The position numbers and the translations under genes were made by a program. DNA of 64,000 nucleotides from Promethearchaeota archaeon (lineage in GTDB: Archaea; Asgardarchaeota; Lokiarchaeia; Sigyniarchaeales; SOKP01), in assembly GCA_016840085.1 (NCBI GenBank), contig JAEOTA010000056.1, positions 1-64,000 on the forward strand, given 5' to 3'. The notes beneath the pieces were generated by a model. The model was given only the letters and a program-made list of their open reading frames with translations. It was not told the DNA's origin and ran no database searches. Of this stretch, positions 9,849-19,548 are shown piece after piece (the stretch's first letter is position 1; every line of letters starts with the position of its first letter).

Positions 9849-11213
9849 TTATTCTAATTTTGCGTGTTTTTCAGCATGCATTTGCAATACTTTTTCTTGG
9901 ATTTCTTTTAAATAATCTCCTTTAAGTGGATAAAATACAAGAAGAATAACTCCAATTATCATGGCAATACCGGGTATTAGTCCTATTATGATTTTTATCA
10001 TAAATATCGCACTAGAAGGTTGAGCTATTTCTTCTGTTAGAAAACCAGCAAGTGATAATAACCATGGACCAATAGAAATAGCAATAGATTGAGCAGGTTT
10101 AGTAAGCATAGCATTAGTACCGAAAAATGCTGCTTCTCTTCTAACTCCCGATTTAATTTCATCTTCATCAGCAACTTGACCATAAAGGACGTTTGTTAAT
10201 ACTAAAGGACCAGCTAATCCAATCCCTCCAATAAACAAACTAATATAAATTAAAGTATCAGGAACAAATGGTACAATTATTAAAAACACTGCACCAAAAC
10301 CTAGAAGAATTTGATTTGCTTGAACAACACCAAATCTACCGGCAAGAATATTTGTGAAGAATACGCCAACAATTATCCCTCCAATTAACGCTGCCAATAA
10401 AATTATTGTAGAAACCATCATAACATAGTCCGCTAAATAAAACATGTAACTCAAAATAATTTGTTGAAATAAAATTGACATGAAATTGGCTGCCGTTAAT
10501 ATCAGAAACGCTTTACTTTTAAATGTATATTTAATTGATGCACCCAGTTTTAGTGGTTCATCAACTTGTGTAAATTCAGGGCGCTCTTTAAATCTATAAG
10601 TTGTTAAGATTACACAAGCAGCTCCAATTACTCCAACTATTATCATCCCTATATAAAACCAAGTTAAATTGGTTTGTCCTACTTCAGGTCGTACAAGATC
10701 GGGGATTATAAAACCAAAAATTGCCCCTATTAAATAAAATATAGAACTATATTGTTGAAATTCACCTCTTACTTTGTCTTCTTCACTCAATTCAGGTAAT
10801 AAAGCAGAATATACTAGACCGATTATAGTATAACAGGTATCATACAAACACATTAATAATAACATCCAGAGAAAGATAGAAAGTTGATCAAAATTTAGAG
10901 GGACGAACCAAAATATAATAAATGTTAATGCAAGAAATGGTGCTGTGAATCTCATAAACGGAATACGACGACCTAATTTACTTCTAGTTTTATCTGATAA
11001 ATATCCAAAAATTGGATCATTTAAAGCATTCCAGATTGCGTAGATCCAAGCAGCAACTCCTATTAAAAATGGATCTAAATTTAGATAGACATGATAAAAA
11101 ATTACTGTAGTTGTAGCAAAAACTCCAGAAATTATAGATGTTCCGAAATTAGCAATTCCCCATATTGCTTTATCTTTCGTAGTATATATTCGAGCACTAC
11201 TATTTTCTGACAT
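9849..11213 (-). CDS. MFS glycoside-pentoside-hexuronide (MelB-like) symporter
   Basis: WNALNDPIFGYLSDKTRSKLGRR and DEDE..SG.RRE motifs; likely start MSENSS. Confidence 0.9.
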   Translation of the reverse strand: MSENSSARIYTTKDKAIWGIANFGTSIISGVFATTTVIFYHVYLNLDPFLIGVAAWIYAIWNALNDPIFGYLSDKTRSKLGRRIPFMRFTAPFLALTFIIFWFVPLNFDQLSIFLWMLLLMCLYDTCYTIIGLVYSALLPELSEEDKVRGEFQQYSSIFYLIGAIFGFIIPDLVRPEVGQTNLTWFYIGMIIVGVIGAACVILTTYRFKERPEFTQVDEPLKLGASIKYTFKSKAFLILTAANFMSILFQQIILSYMFYLADYVMMVSTIILLAALIGGIIVGVFFTNILAGRFGVVQANQILLGFGAVFLIIVPFVPDTLIYISLFIGGIGLAGPLVLTNVLYGQVADEDEIKSGVRREAAFFGTNAMLTKPAQSIAISIGPWLLSLAGFLTEEIAQPSSAIFMIKIIIGLIPGIAMIIGVILLVFYPLKGDYLKEIQEKVLQMHAEKHAKLE

Positions 11214-11488
11214 GATATCACATCTTTTTTTTTTAAATTTTTTGAAAAAGTAAAATGTTGTAAATAATATTTCTTTAAGGGCTTTAAATAACTTTCTTTT
11301 CAAATTTGATTTTAAAAATATGGTAATTATCAATTAGAATCTTTCAAAAGATCTCTTCTTATCTAGATATTTTTAAGATTAAAAGGAAAACCGTTAAATT
11401 ATCTTAAAAATTAAAAAAGTAAGAGATATATATTAAAAATTAAATATTCTAATAATACGATTATTATAAATTAAGAAACTGATATATT

Positions 11489-12235
11489 ATGTATAAACTT
11501 GTATTTTTAAGACATGGGGAAAGTATTTGGAATAAGGAGAATAGGTTTTCAGGTTGGACTGATGTTGATCTCTCAGAAAAAGGGATTCAAGAGGCGAAAG
11601 AAGCAGCAAAGTTATTGAAAGAAGGAGGTTATTCATTTGATATTGCTTTCACATCTGTACTTAAAAGAGGTATAAGAACCCTATGGATTGTATTAGATGA
11701 GATGGATTTAATGTGGATTCCAGTTCATCGCTCGTGGAGGTTGAATGAACGACATTATGGTGCCTTACAAGGTTTTTATAAAGCAAAAATGGCTGCTGAA
11801 ATAGGTGAAAAACAAATACTTATTTGGAGAAGAAGTTATGATGTGCCCCCTCCTCCTCTTAAAACTAGTGACCCTCGATATCCTAGAAATGAAAAAAAAT
11901 ACGAAGAGTTAAGTAGCGATGAAATTCCTTTAACTGAATGTTTGAAAGATACAGTTGCCAGAGTATTACCTTACTGGCATGAAACAATTGCCCCAACTAT
12001 TAAATCTGGGAAAAAAATCTTAATTTCTGCCCATGGTAATAGTTTACGGGCTCTTGTTAAATACCTTGATAATGTTTCTGATGAAGAGATTTTAAAATTA
12101 AATATTCCAACTGGAGTTCCTTTAATTTATGAATTAGATGACGATTTAAAACCAATTAAACATTATTATCTTGGAGATCCTAAAAAAATTCAAAAAGCTA
12201 TAAACGCAGTAGCAGAACAAGGAAAAGCATTATAA
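11489..12235 (+). CDS. gpmA: 2,3-bisphosphoglycerate-dependent phosphoglycerate mutase
   Basis: [19 protein letters not shown] and AHGNSLRAL. Confidence 0.97.
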   Translation: MYKLVFLRHGESIWNKENRFSGWTDVDLSEKGIQEAKEAAKLLKEGGYSFDIAFTSVLKRGIRTLWIVLDEMDLMWIPVHRSWRLNERHYGALQGFYKAKMAAEIGEKQILIWRRSYDVPPPPLKTSDPRYPRNEKKYEELSSDEIPLTECLKDTVARVLPYWHETIAPTIKSGKKILISAHGNSLRALVKYLDNVSDEEILKLNIPTGVPLIYELDDDLKPIKHYYLGDPKKIQKAINAVAEQGKAL

Positions 12236-12329
12236 TTAAGGAAATTACATTTGAAATATTTTCATTTTTCTAAAGGGTAATTATAAAAAAAAATTTAATT
12301 TTATTAAAAATCTTTTTAAAGTAATTGGT

Positions 12330-12641
12330 TTATTTCCATTCCATTCCAACTATTTTATAAGAATCAGATACTCCCATTAAATTTTCAACCTGAATGTGAA
12401 ATCCTTCAATTTCAGTAGCAAATGGAACGAAATATTTATTAAGTTCTAATGCAACTTCTTCTGCTTTTCCTCGTTCTGTATAAATTAAGTGATATTTTTT
12501 CATTCCATCTTTACCTGCTGGGGTATTGAAAACACGCCATTTTGCTACATAAGGAAGTTCTCTAGGTTGTTTTAAATATATTTTAGCAATATCTAACCCT
12601 TTATGCATTGGATACCATACTGTTACCATAAAAATTCCCAT
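12330..12641 (-). CDS. Hypothetical protein (small alpha/beta protein)
   Basis: Clean ORF with a GAGGT ribosome-binding site upstream. Confidence 0.7.
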   Translation of the reverse strand: MGIFMVTVWYPMHKGLDIAKIYLKQPRELPYVAKWRVFNTPAGKDGMKKYHLIYTERGKAEEVALELNKYFVPFATEIEGFHIQVENLMGVSDSYKIVGMEWK

Positions 12642-12800
12642 AATTCATTTTAACCTCTTTTTACTTTTTAAAATTGGATTTAAAGGTAAGTTAATACTTA
12701 TCATAATTTTATCTAAGAATTTCCATTTTTTTAAGGATCTATTAAAAAATAATAAAAACATTCGAATAATTTTATCAAATAGAACAAGAGGAAATTTAAT

Positions 12801-13589
12801 ATGGTAAAAAAATTGTTAATTGATAATCCTGCTGTTTCCAATGTGGTTTTCTACCCTCGAAAAATTCTAATACCTGATGAAAGGGATTCAAACATTAAAG
12901 TCCTAAAACTTCAAATTACTAAAGATATCCTTATTGGAGGTTTTTTTTATTTGAATAATCCAAATTATCCCACGATTTTATTATTCCATGGTAATGGAGA
13001 AATTGCAGCAGATTATCAGTATTTTTTAAATTTCTTTTTTAAATGTGATATCAATTTAGCAGTTGTGGATTTTCGGGGGTATGGATTTAGTTCGGGTGAA
13101 CCTTTCTACACAAGTTTAATAATAGATGCTTTACCAATCTATAATGCATTTTATAAGTGGATGATTGATAATAATATGAAAGATTCCTTATTTGTTCAAG
13201 GTCGTTCATTAGGGAGTATTTGTGCTTCTGAAATTGGATCATATAATCCTGAGAGTTTAAATGGAATTATTTTTGAAAGCGGATTTGCCAGTTTATATGA
13301 TATGATGACAAGATTATTTAGAGTAAGTGGTTCTGAGATTACACCAGATTTCTTAAGTCAATATTCCAATGATACAAGAATCAGAAAATTTAAGAAACCA
13401 GTGTTAGTCATTCATGGTACTGTTGATTGGATTATTCCTTATTATCAAGGAAAGATGATCTATGAAAATATTCCTGAGGAAGTTGAGAAAAATTTAGTAT
13501 CAATAGAAGGTGCTGGGCATAATAATATTTTTTCTTTTGAAGATGATTATATAACGCCCTTAAAAGAATTCATAAGTAAATTTAAATAA
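12801..13589 (+). CDS. Alpha/beta hydrolase, ABHD13/17 (BEM46)-like
   Basis: FHGNGE, DFRGYG, GRSLG nucleophile elbow, HGTVD and GAGHN. Confidence 0.88.
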   Translation: MVKKLLIDNPAVSNVVFYPRKILIPDERDSNIKVLKLQITKDILIGGFFYLNNPNYPTILLFHGNGEIAADYQYFLNFFFKCDINLAVVDFRGYGFSSGEPFYTSLIIDALPIYNAFYKWMIDNNMKDSLFVQGRSLGSICASEIGSYNPESLNGIIFESGFASLYDMMTRLFRVSGSEITPDFLSQYSNDTRIRKFKKPVLVIHGTVDWIIPYYQGKMIYENIPEEVEKNLVSIEGAGHNNIFSFEDDYITPLKEFISKFK

Positions 13590-13733
13590 CTTTTCTTCTA
13601 TAATTTGTATTTTTATTTAGGTTTTTTATCAGAAATTGTTAAAAATTGGACTAGGTATCATTTTTCTACACTTCTTTTTCTATAATTATTAAGATACAAG
13701 ATAAGTATAGAATAAAACAAAGTGAAAATTTAA

Positions 13734-14051
13734 GTGTCTGGAAAGGCTTTTAATTATTGTCCTCATTGTGGAAAAAAATTACCAAAAACTAATGGTTCCA
13801 AAGCAAATTTTTGTTGTTATTGTGGGCGTAAATTAAGAAATGAAAATAAGAAAACATACACCAGAATCCAATGTACAATTTGTCATAAGTATATTAGTAA
13901 TGAATATATAAATACTATAAAATGTTCTTACTGCGGAAGTCAATATCATTCAAGCTGTGTAACCTCTTGGCTCTTAAAATATAATGCGTGTCCTATGTGT
14001 CAAAATGTTTTTATTTTTCCTGATAAGAAATTAATTGAATTAAAACATTAA
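13734..14051 (+). CDS. Double zinc-ribbon plus RING-type domain protein (putative E3 ligase)
   Basis: CPHC/CCYC ribbon, then CTIC...CSYC-x4-H-x2-C..W....CPMC. Confidence 0.8.
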   Translation: MSGKAFNYCPHCGKKLPKTNGSKANFCCYCGRKLRNENKKTYTRIQCTICHKYISNEYINTIKCSYCGSQYHSSCVTSWLLKYNACPMCQNVFIFPDKKLIELKH

Positions 14052-14084
14052 GAACGGGAAATTGAAAAAAAAAATGGTAGTTTT

Positions 14085-14714
14085 TTACTTTTTCAAGACA
14101 TAAATTCCATTTTCAAGAAACCAGATCAAGTTAGCAAAAAGAAACAACCATTCAGTAAGACTTTGAGCCTCAGGTAATATGTCACTTTGCACTCTATTCA
14201 CAACTAGTATTATTAAATAAATAATGAAAAAGACAGCAACTATTATATTGAACACTGTTTGTATCATTGAAAATTCTGAAGATTTCCATTCAATATATGC
14301 ATATGAGAATAAATATAATATTCCCATGAAAAAGAACATTAATTCAAAAACAAAGTGAGTATTATAGGCTTGCTCTGAATTGAATATTGCCATACCACAA
14401 ATTCCTGCTGCTGAAAGAACACTAAAAATAAACACGATCCAAGTATTTTTCACATCTAAGCCTTTTTCCTGCAAATATCGAGTAAAGCCTAATAGAAAAA
14501 TTATCATAAAAACACCTGTTATAAACCAGAATATATTAAAGAAGATATACAAGTCATTCGAAGGAGTTCCTAAATAACTAACATGGGTCACTAGTAAACT
14601 AAAATTAGGTTCTACCAATATCGCTGGAATTAGCCCTATTATAAAAATTGCAAGTCCAATAAAAGCGAAATAGCTCGTGTGTACCTTTTCAAAAATTTTA
14701 TCTATTCTTTCCAT
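14085..14714 (-). CDS. DUF998/Frag1-like membrane protein
   Basis: 5-6 TM helices; VSYLG, a conserved H and a terminal EW motif. Confidence 0.65.
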   Translation of the reverse strand: MERIDKIFEKVHTSYFAFIGLAIFIIGLIPAILVEPNFSLLVTHVSYLGTPSNDLYIFFNIFWFITGVFMIIFLLGFTRYLQEKGLDVKNTWIVFIFSVLSAAGICGMAIFNSEQAYNTHFVFELMFFFMGILYLFSYAYIEWKSSEFSMIQTVFNIIVAVFFIIYLIILVVNRVQSDILPEAQSLTEWLFLFANLIWFLENGIYVLKK

Positions 14715-14881
14715 TTTGCATCATCTATATTGTTATGTTATTGTTATTAAGAAATATATTGGATATAAGTCTTATTTATAAATATTTAATTCGAAGAAAT
14801 AAAAAAACTATATAAATAAAAGTAATTTTTTTTTTTACCTTTATTGAATTTGAAATCTATTATATAGAGGGAAAAAAAACA

Positions 14882-15265
14882 ATGGCAGAAATATCTAAAG
14901 AATTAAAATATGTAATTTTGGCTCACGCAATAGTATTTTTACTATTTGGGATCTGGTTCTTCTTTTTCATTGAAAACTATGTCGATGTTTTCCAATGGCT
15001 ATATTTAGATCCTATAGCTGGACATTATATTGGTGGATTTTTACTAGCAGGTGGAATTATCAATATACTAATCTATTTTAAAGAGACAGAATGGGATAGG
15101 ATAGAATGTTATGTAATTTTCTTAATACTTTTTTGTCTATTAGGATTGATTGCTCAGATTTGGGGTTCAATTACAGATTTTACTGCTGCAGGAATATTTA
15201 ATGCAATACTACATGCGATATTTTTAGTGGCATATACGTATTTCTTTTTAAAACAGCGTAAATAG
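14882..15265 (+). CDS. 4-TM hypothetical membrane protein
   Basis: Hydrophobic ORF with a GAGG ribosome-binding site. Confidence 0.7.
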   Translation: MAEISKELKYVILAHAIVFLLFGIWFFFFIENYVDVFQWLYLDPIAGHYIGGFLLAGGIINILIYFKETEWDRIECYVIFLILFCLLGLIAQIWGSITDFTAAGIFNAILHAIFLVAYTYFFLKQRK

Positions 15266-15371
15266 ATAGATTACATTAATTCATGAATCAAAATGAAATA
15301 ACAATAGAAAGAGTCATAAAAAAAATATTAAATTTTTTTTCTTTTTTTTAAAAAAACTTAAAAATCTCTTT

Positions 15372-15596
15372 TTAATCACTCAGAAACTCATGGATTAAAA
15401 TTTCCTTAAATTCTAAGTGTTTTTCTTTGAATGGGATCATTTCTTTTCCATCATAAATATCTGGAGGTGTGAATTTTTTAAATGCAACAGAGAAAGGGAT
15501 GATAAGATTTGAGATATCAGGAAAATTATTATTATCTACAGCTTCTTCATCAATATTAATTATTTTTATTTTTTTATCAATTATTTTTATACTCAA
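15372..15596 (-). CDS. Small protein, IPF/DIY repeat family, copy 1
   Basis: ISNLIIPFS...DIYDGKEMIPFKEKH.EFK.IL..EF is shared with other copies in the window. Confidence 0.8.
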   Translation of the reverse strand: MSIKIIDKKIKIINIDEEAVDNNNFPDISNLIIPFSVAFKKFTPPDIYDGKEMIPFKEKHLEFKEILIHEFLSD

Positions 15597-15736
15597 ATAT
15601 AATCCCTCATTATGTTCTTTTTAATTTCAACATATTAAGCTAATTATTTAAGAGAAAACTCCCGACAAATTTAGTGATATATAAAAAAATTGCATTTCAA
15701 ATTCTAATCTTAACACGGTTTTCATCAAGTAAAGTG

Positions 15737-16054
15737 TTATTCTATATGGAATTCATTTTTCATAACATGTTTAATTTTAGAATTGGGTTTCTTTATGATA
15801 TTTCTTTTATCATTGGAGTATAAATCAACTGGAAATTTTTCATTATAGATATTTAAAAGCAGAATTATTAAATTTGAGATATTATGGAAGCAAATTGAAG
15901 AATTTTTACAATTAAATAAGTCTGCTACAAGCTTTGAAAGTAAAAAAAATCTCTTTTTTTGAACCTCCTTGTTTGTAGAATAATCGTCTGTTCTAAAAGT
16001 ACTTTCTAGAAAATCTTCAACAAGTTTTTCAATAGATACTGAATCCATTTTCAT
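15737..16054 (-). CDS. Divergent IPF/DIY-family member with N-terminal extension (copy 2)
   Basis: The C-terminal ISNLII...DLYS...KNEF aligns with copy 1. Confidence 0.65.
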   Translation of the reverse strand: MKMDSVSIEKLVEDFLESTFRTDDYSTNKEVQKKRFFLLSKLVADLFNCKNSSICFHNISNLIILLLNIYNEKFPVDLYSNDKRNIIKKPNSKIKHVMKNEFHIE

Positions 16055-16161
16055 CGTAAAATTGCAATTTTTTACGATTTATCTGAATTAAAATATATAA
16101 AGAAACAGCTTTTTTATCAAAACGAGTTTAGAGTAAATTCATTACTTTATATAAAAAATAT

Positions 16162-16401
16162 TTAATCAACCGTAAATTCAGCTATAAGAATCTTATGATA
16201 TTTAGGGTGTCTTTCATTAAAAGGAATTTTTTCATCTCCATTGTAAATATATTGAGGGTTCTCAATTTCATAAACTTTAGAAAAAGGTATAACTGCTTCT
16301 GAGATGATTGGATAAAATTTTTCTTCAAAATCTTCAATAATTTCCTGAAAAATTCTTTGATTATATCCTAATACCCTCTTGATGTTCTCGTATATTAAAT
16401 G
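16162..16401 (-). CDS. Small protein, IPF/DIY family, copy 3 (no ATG/GTG/TTG start; absent from the ORF track)
   Basis: The open frame reads ...ISEAVIPFSKVYEIENPQYIYNGDEKIPFNERHPKYHKILIAEFTVD*. Confidence 0.75.
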   Translation of the reverse strand, partial: HLIYENIKRVLGYNQRIFQEIIEDFEEKFYPIISEAVIPFSKVYEIENPQYIYNGDEKIPFNERHPKYHKILIAEFTVD

Positions 16402-16592
16402 CTAGTCTTATCAAATTATTTAACATTTTATTAATAAACTGCTTATATTTAATGATAAACAAAACCAAACATTTAAACAAAAAAAATATTGGCTTTTCAG
16501 TATTTTCCACTGAAATAAATGAAAAAGAAATGCAATAATTAAAAATTAAGTGAAAAACCAAAAATAAATCACTAAAAAAAATAAAAAAAAAT

Positions 16593-16904
16593 TTAATCAG
16601 AAATTCGTTCTAATTTAAAACATACAGGGCGAATACCATCTGGACATGCGGTATATATCATATCCTCTCCAGTCCAAGTGGGAAACCCACCTCCACATTG
16701 TAGAATAGACACATTCTTGTATAACCCATACCACGCATGATGACAAAAACCTTCTGGCATATCCCCTGTTTCGTCTACAATAAACTCCATTCCCTCTTTT
16801 ATACCACATTTAGTAATTGGGGTTCCGTCAAGTCGGATAAACTCATGTCCTAGTACATCCTCCGGTCCAAATTGTTTTACTACAGTAATTTTCACCTTAC
16901 TCAT
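16593..16904 (-). CDS. TIGR04076-family small Cys protein
   Basis: KVKITV, PEGFC..AW and CPDG.RPV.FKLER. Confidence 0.85.
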   Translation of the reverse strand: MSKVKITVVKQFGPEDVLGHEFIRLDGTPITKCGIKEGMEFIVDETGDMPEGFCHHAWYGLYKNVSILQCGGGFPTWTGEDMIYTACPDGIRPVCFKLERISD

Positions 16905-16979
16905 AATATTTCCTCCTTTTTTATCTATTTGAGTTAATTTATTATTTTATTGTTTTATTATATTTCTGTCATTTATATT

Positions 16980-17309
16980 TTAATCTGAAATTCGCTCTAA
17001 TTTAAAGCAAACAGGTTTACGACCATCCGAACATGATGTATGTTGAATACCTTCTTTATGTCCATAAAAATTCCCATTAAAATAGAGTACAGAAAGATCT
17101 TTATAGATATCGCGCCACGCCCAGCCACAAAATCCCTCTGGCATTTTTTCAATATGTTCCACTATGAATTCTTGTCCCTCATCGAAGGCACCGCATGTAG
17201 TTATTTTTGTTCCCGATGTAGAAAATACTTCATGTCCAAATACATCAATCGGACTGAATTTCTTAATTACAGTAATTTTTACTTTTGAAATTTCAATATT
17301 CACCATCAA
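16980..17309 (-). CDS. TIGR04076-family small Cys protein (tandem paralog)
   Basis: PEGFCGWAW and CSDGRKPVCFKLERISD. Confidence 0.85.
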   Translation of the reverse strand: MMVNIEISKVKITVIKKFSPIDVFGHEVFSTSGTKITTCGAFDEGQEFIVEHIEKMPEGFCGWAWRDIYKDLSVLYFNGNFYGHKEGIQHTSCSDGRKPVCFKLERISD

Positions 17310-17579
17310 AATTTATTTTAAAATATAGAGAATGATAAAATTTATAGTTTTATTTGTTGAACTTCACTAGAAGTAAAAATTAAAAGCGAACTTTTGAATT
17401 AAATTATCTAAATAATTAATAATTAATAATAGAAAGCTTATAATTGGAATTGTCCTCAAAGAGTCGCTAATTCTAAGAGTGAGAATTTCCAAAAAATTAA
17501 ATAGAATCTTAAACTCATTTTTCCCATATTTAGGTTAAAATTAGTGAACTAAATAGATTATAGAAAAGAAATATATAGT

Positions 17580-18386
17580 ATGATGACAACAAAAATAAAG
17601 TTTGTTGATTTGAGCTTGGAAATTAAGGAAGGATTGGGCGACTTGCCACCTGAATTTAAATACCTTGAAGAAGGTTTATCTGCTAAAATCAAACACTTAG
17701 ATCATAAAGATAACATCTCCTTAATGGTAAGTTCTTTTCCTGGTATTTCCCCCGAGAATCTTCCAGATGGTTTAGCTTGGGCTGATGATCTTCTAACAAT
17801 TGGTGTTCATATGGGTACACATATGGATGCTCCATGGCATTATCACCCGACCAGCGAGGGGAAAAAATCAAAAACTATTGATGAAATCCCTATCGAATAT
17901 TGTTTTAGTGATGGGGTTGTGCTCGATATGACTCATAAAGAATCAGGAGATTTGATAAGCTCAAAAGATATTCAGGAGGTTCTTCAAAAAATTAAGTATA
18001 CACTAAAACCATTGGATATTGTCTTGATCCGGACAGATGCCGATAAATTCTGGGATACATTAAAGTACTGGACAGATTATCCAGGAGTAGGAAGAGAAGG
18101 AACAATTTGGTTGATCAATCAGGGAGTAAAGGTGGTTGGAACTGACGCATCAGGCTGGGATCGTCCTTTTCATTTTCAAGCTAAAGAATTTCGTGAAACT
18201 AGAAATAAAAACTTAATCTGGGAAGGACATTATGCAGGTATTGAGAGAGAATATTATCAGATGGAAAAATTAACTAACTTAGACAAACTTCCTCCATATG
18301 GGTTCAAAGTTAGCTGTTTTCCTATTAAAATATTAAAAGCTAGTGCAGCATGGGTAAGACCCGTCGCTATAATCGAGAAATTTTAA
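17580..18386 (+). CDS. Cyclase family (kynurenine formamidase-like) metallohydrolase
   Basis: HMGTHMDAPWH (HxGTHxDxPxH) motif. Confidence 0.92.
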   Translation: MMTTKIKFVDLSLEIKEGLGDLPPEFKYLEEGLSAKIKHLDHKDNISLMVSSFPGISPENLPDGLAWADDLLTIGVHMGTHMDAPWHYHPTSEGKKSKTIDEIPIEYCFSDGVVLDMTHKESGDLISSKDIQEVLQKIKYTLKPLDIVLIRTDADKFWDTLKYWTDYPGVGREGTIWLINQGVKVVGTDASGWDRPFHFQAKEFRETRNKNLIWEGHYAGIEREYYQMEKLTNLDKLPPYGFKVSCFPIKILKASAAWVRPVAIIEKF

Positions 18387-18452
18387 TAAAATTAATTATT
18401 CATTTTGGATTAAGTAATATAATAAAAAACATAATTATACAAATTTAATAGA

Positions 18453-19286
18453 TTGAAAAAAATGATAGCTATTAAAGATTTTAGAGATATAAAATATGAA
18501 AAAGAAGAAAATGGCATAGGAACTATAACTATTAATCGGCCAGAACGCAGAAATGCTCTATCTCCAATAACCTTTCTAGAATTGGAATCGGCATTCGATC
18601 ATATGGAACGAGATGATGATATTAGAGTTGTTATTATTACGGGGAACCAAGATGGAAATGCATTCTCTTCAGGGGCATATATGAGCCCAAAGATAGCGAG
18701 TGAGATGACACCTGAAATAAAGGAAATGTTAGATCCAACTGATAAATCGTCAATACATATGGCTCGAAAAATTTTTGATTTTCCTAAACCAATTGTTGCT
18801 GCTGTGAATGGGTTAGCTATTGGTGGCGGGATTACAATGCTTTTGATTGGTGCGGATCTTATTTATGCCTCCGAAAATGCATATTTAGGCTTTTATTTTG
18901 TACAAAATGCGTTTATGTCAGAATTTGCTTCAACCTTTCTTTTACCCCTCTATTTTGGATTTCAAAAAGCAAAAGAAATTATATATTTCGGAGCAAAAAT
19001 TGAAGCTCAGGAAGCATTTGAGCTTGGTTTAGTCAATAAAGTACTTCCTCTTAATGAATTAGTACCTTATACGAGAGAACAGGCATTGAAATTAATCACT
19101 CCAAAAGCACCTGGGTTATCCATCAGATTAATGAGGAAAGCCGTGCACGATATTTTTAAAGCTCAAATATACAAAATCCTAGATATAGAAAATGAAGGTT
19201 ATACAACATTACTGAAATCAGAAAATGTAGGAATAGCAATATCTGCTAGACGTAAAAAAATAGAACCTGTATTTAAGGAAAGATAA
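18453..19286 (+). CDS. Enoyl-CoA hydratase/isomerase family protein
   Basis: INRPERRNAL, AFSSG, KPIVAAVNGLAIGGG and GLVNKV. Confidence 0.92.
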   Translation: MKKMIAIKDFRDIKYEKEENGIGTITINRPERRNALSPITFLELESAFDHMERDDDIRVVIITGNQDGNAFSSGAYMSPKIASEMTPEIKEMLDPTDKSSIHMARKIFDFPKPIVAAVNGLAIGGGITMLLIGADLIYASENAYLGFYFVQNAFMSEFASTFLLPLYFGFQKAKEIIYFGAKIEAQEAFELGLVNKVLPLNELVPYTREQALKLITPKAPGLSIRLMRKAVHDIFKAQIYKILDIENEGYTTLLKSENVGIAISARRKKIEPVFKER

Positions 19287-19301
19287 GATCCATTTTTTTT
19301 C

Positions 19302-19370
19302 TTAGATTAAGTTTGCAAATTCTTTTCTTAAAATCATCAAACATTCTAGATCTCTCTCTTAAAAATGAAT
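19302..19370 (-). pseudogene. 3' remnant of an IPF/DIY-family gene (copy 4)
   Basis: Translates IHF*ERDLECLMILRKEFANLI*. Positions 19312-19360 match 21606-21654 at 42 of 49 nt. Confidence 0.75.
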
Positions 19371-19548
19371 TGGGGTTCGTATGGGTCTGGAAGTTCATAA
19401 ATGAGAATTTTGACTATAATTTGTCGTTCTCTTATCAATCGCTTTTTACATAAAAGCTTAAATATCCTTTTGACAAATATATAATTAAATCTTTTAACAA
19501 ATAATCTGAAGATTTAGTTTAGAAATTTAAAATAAAATGGCGAAATAA

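Noticed and set aside
19371-19398. GC-richer snippet TGGGGTTCGTATGGGTCTGG beside the remnant, as a possible transposon end
   Set aside because: I found no matching inverted copy or transposase in the window.
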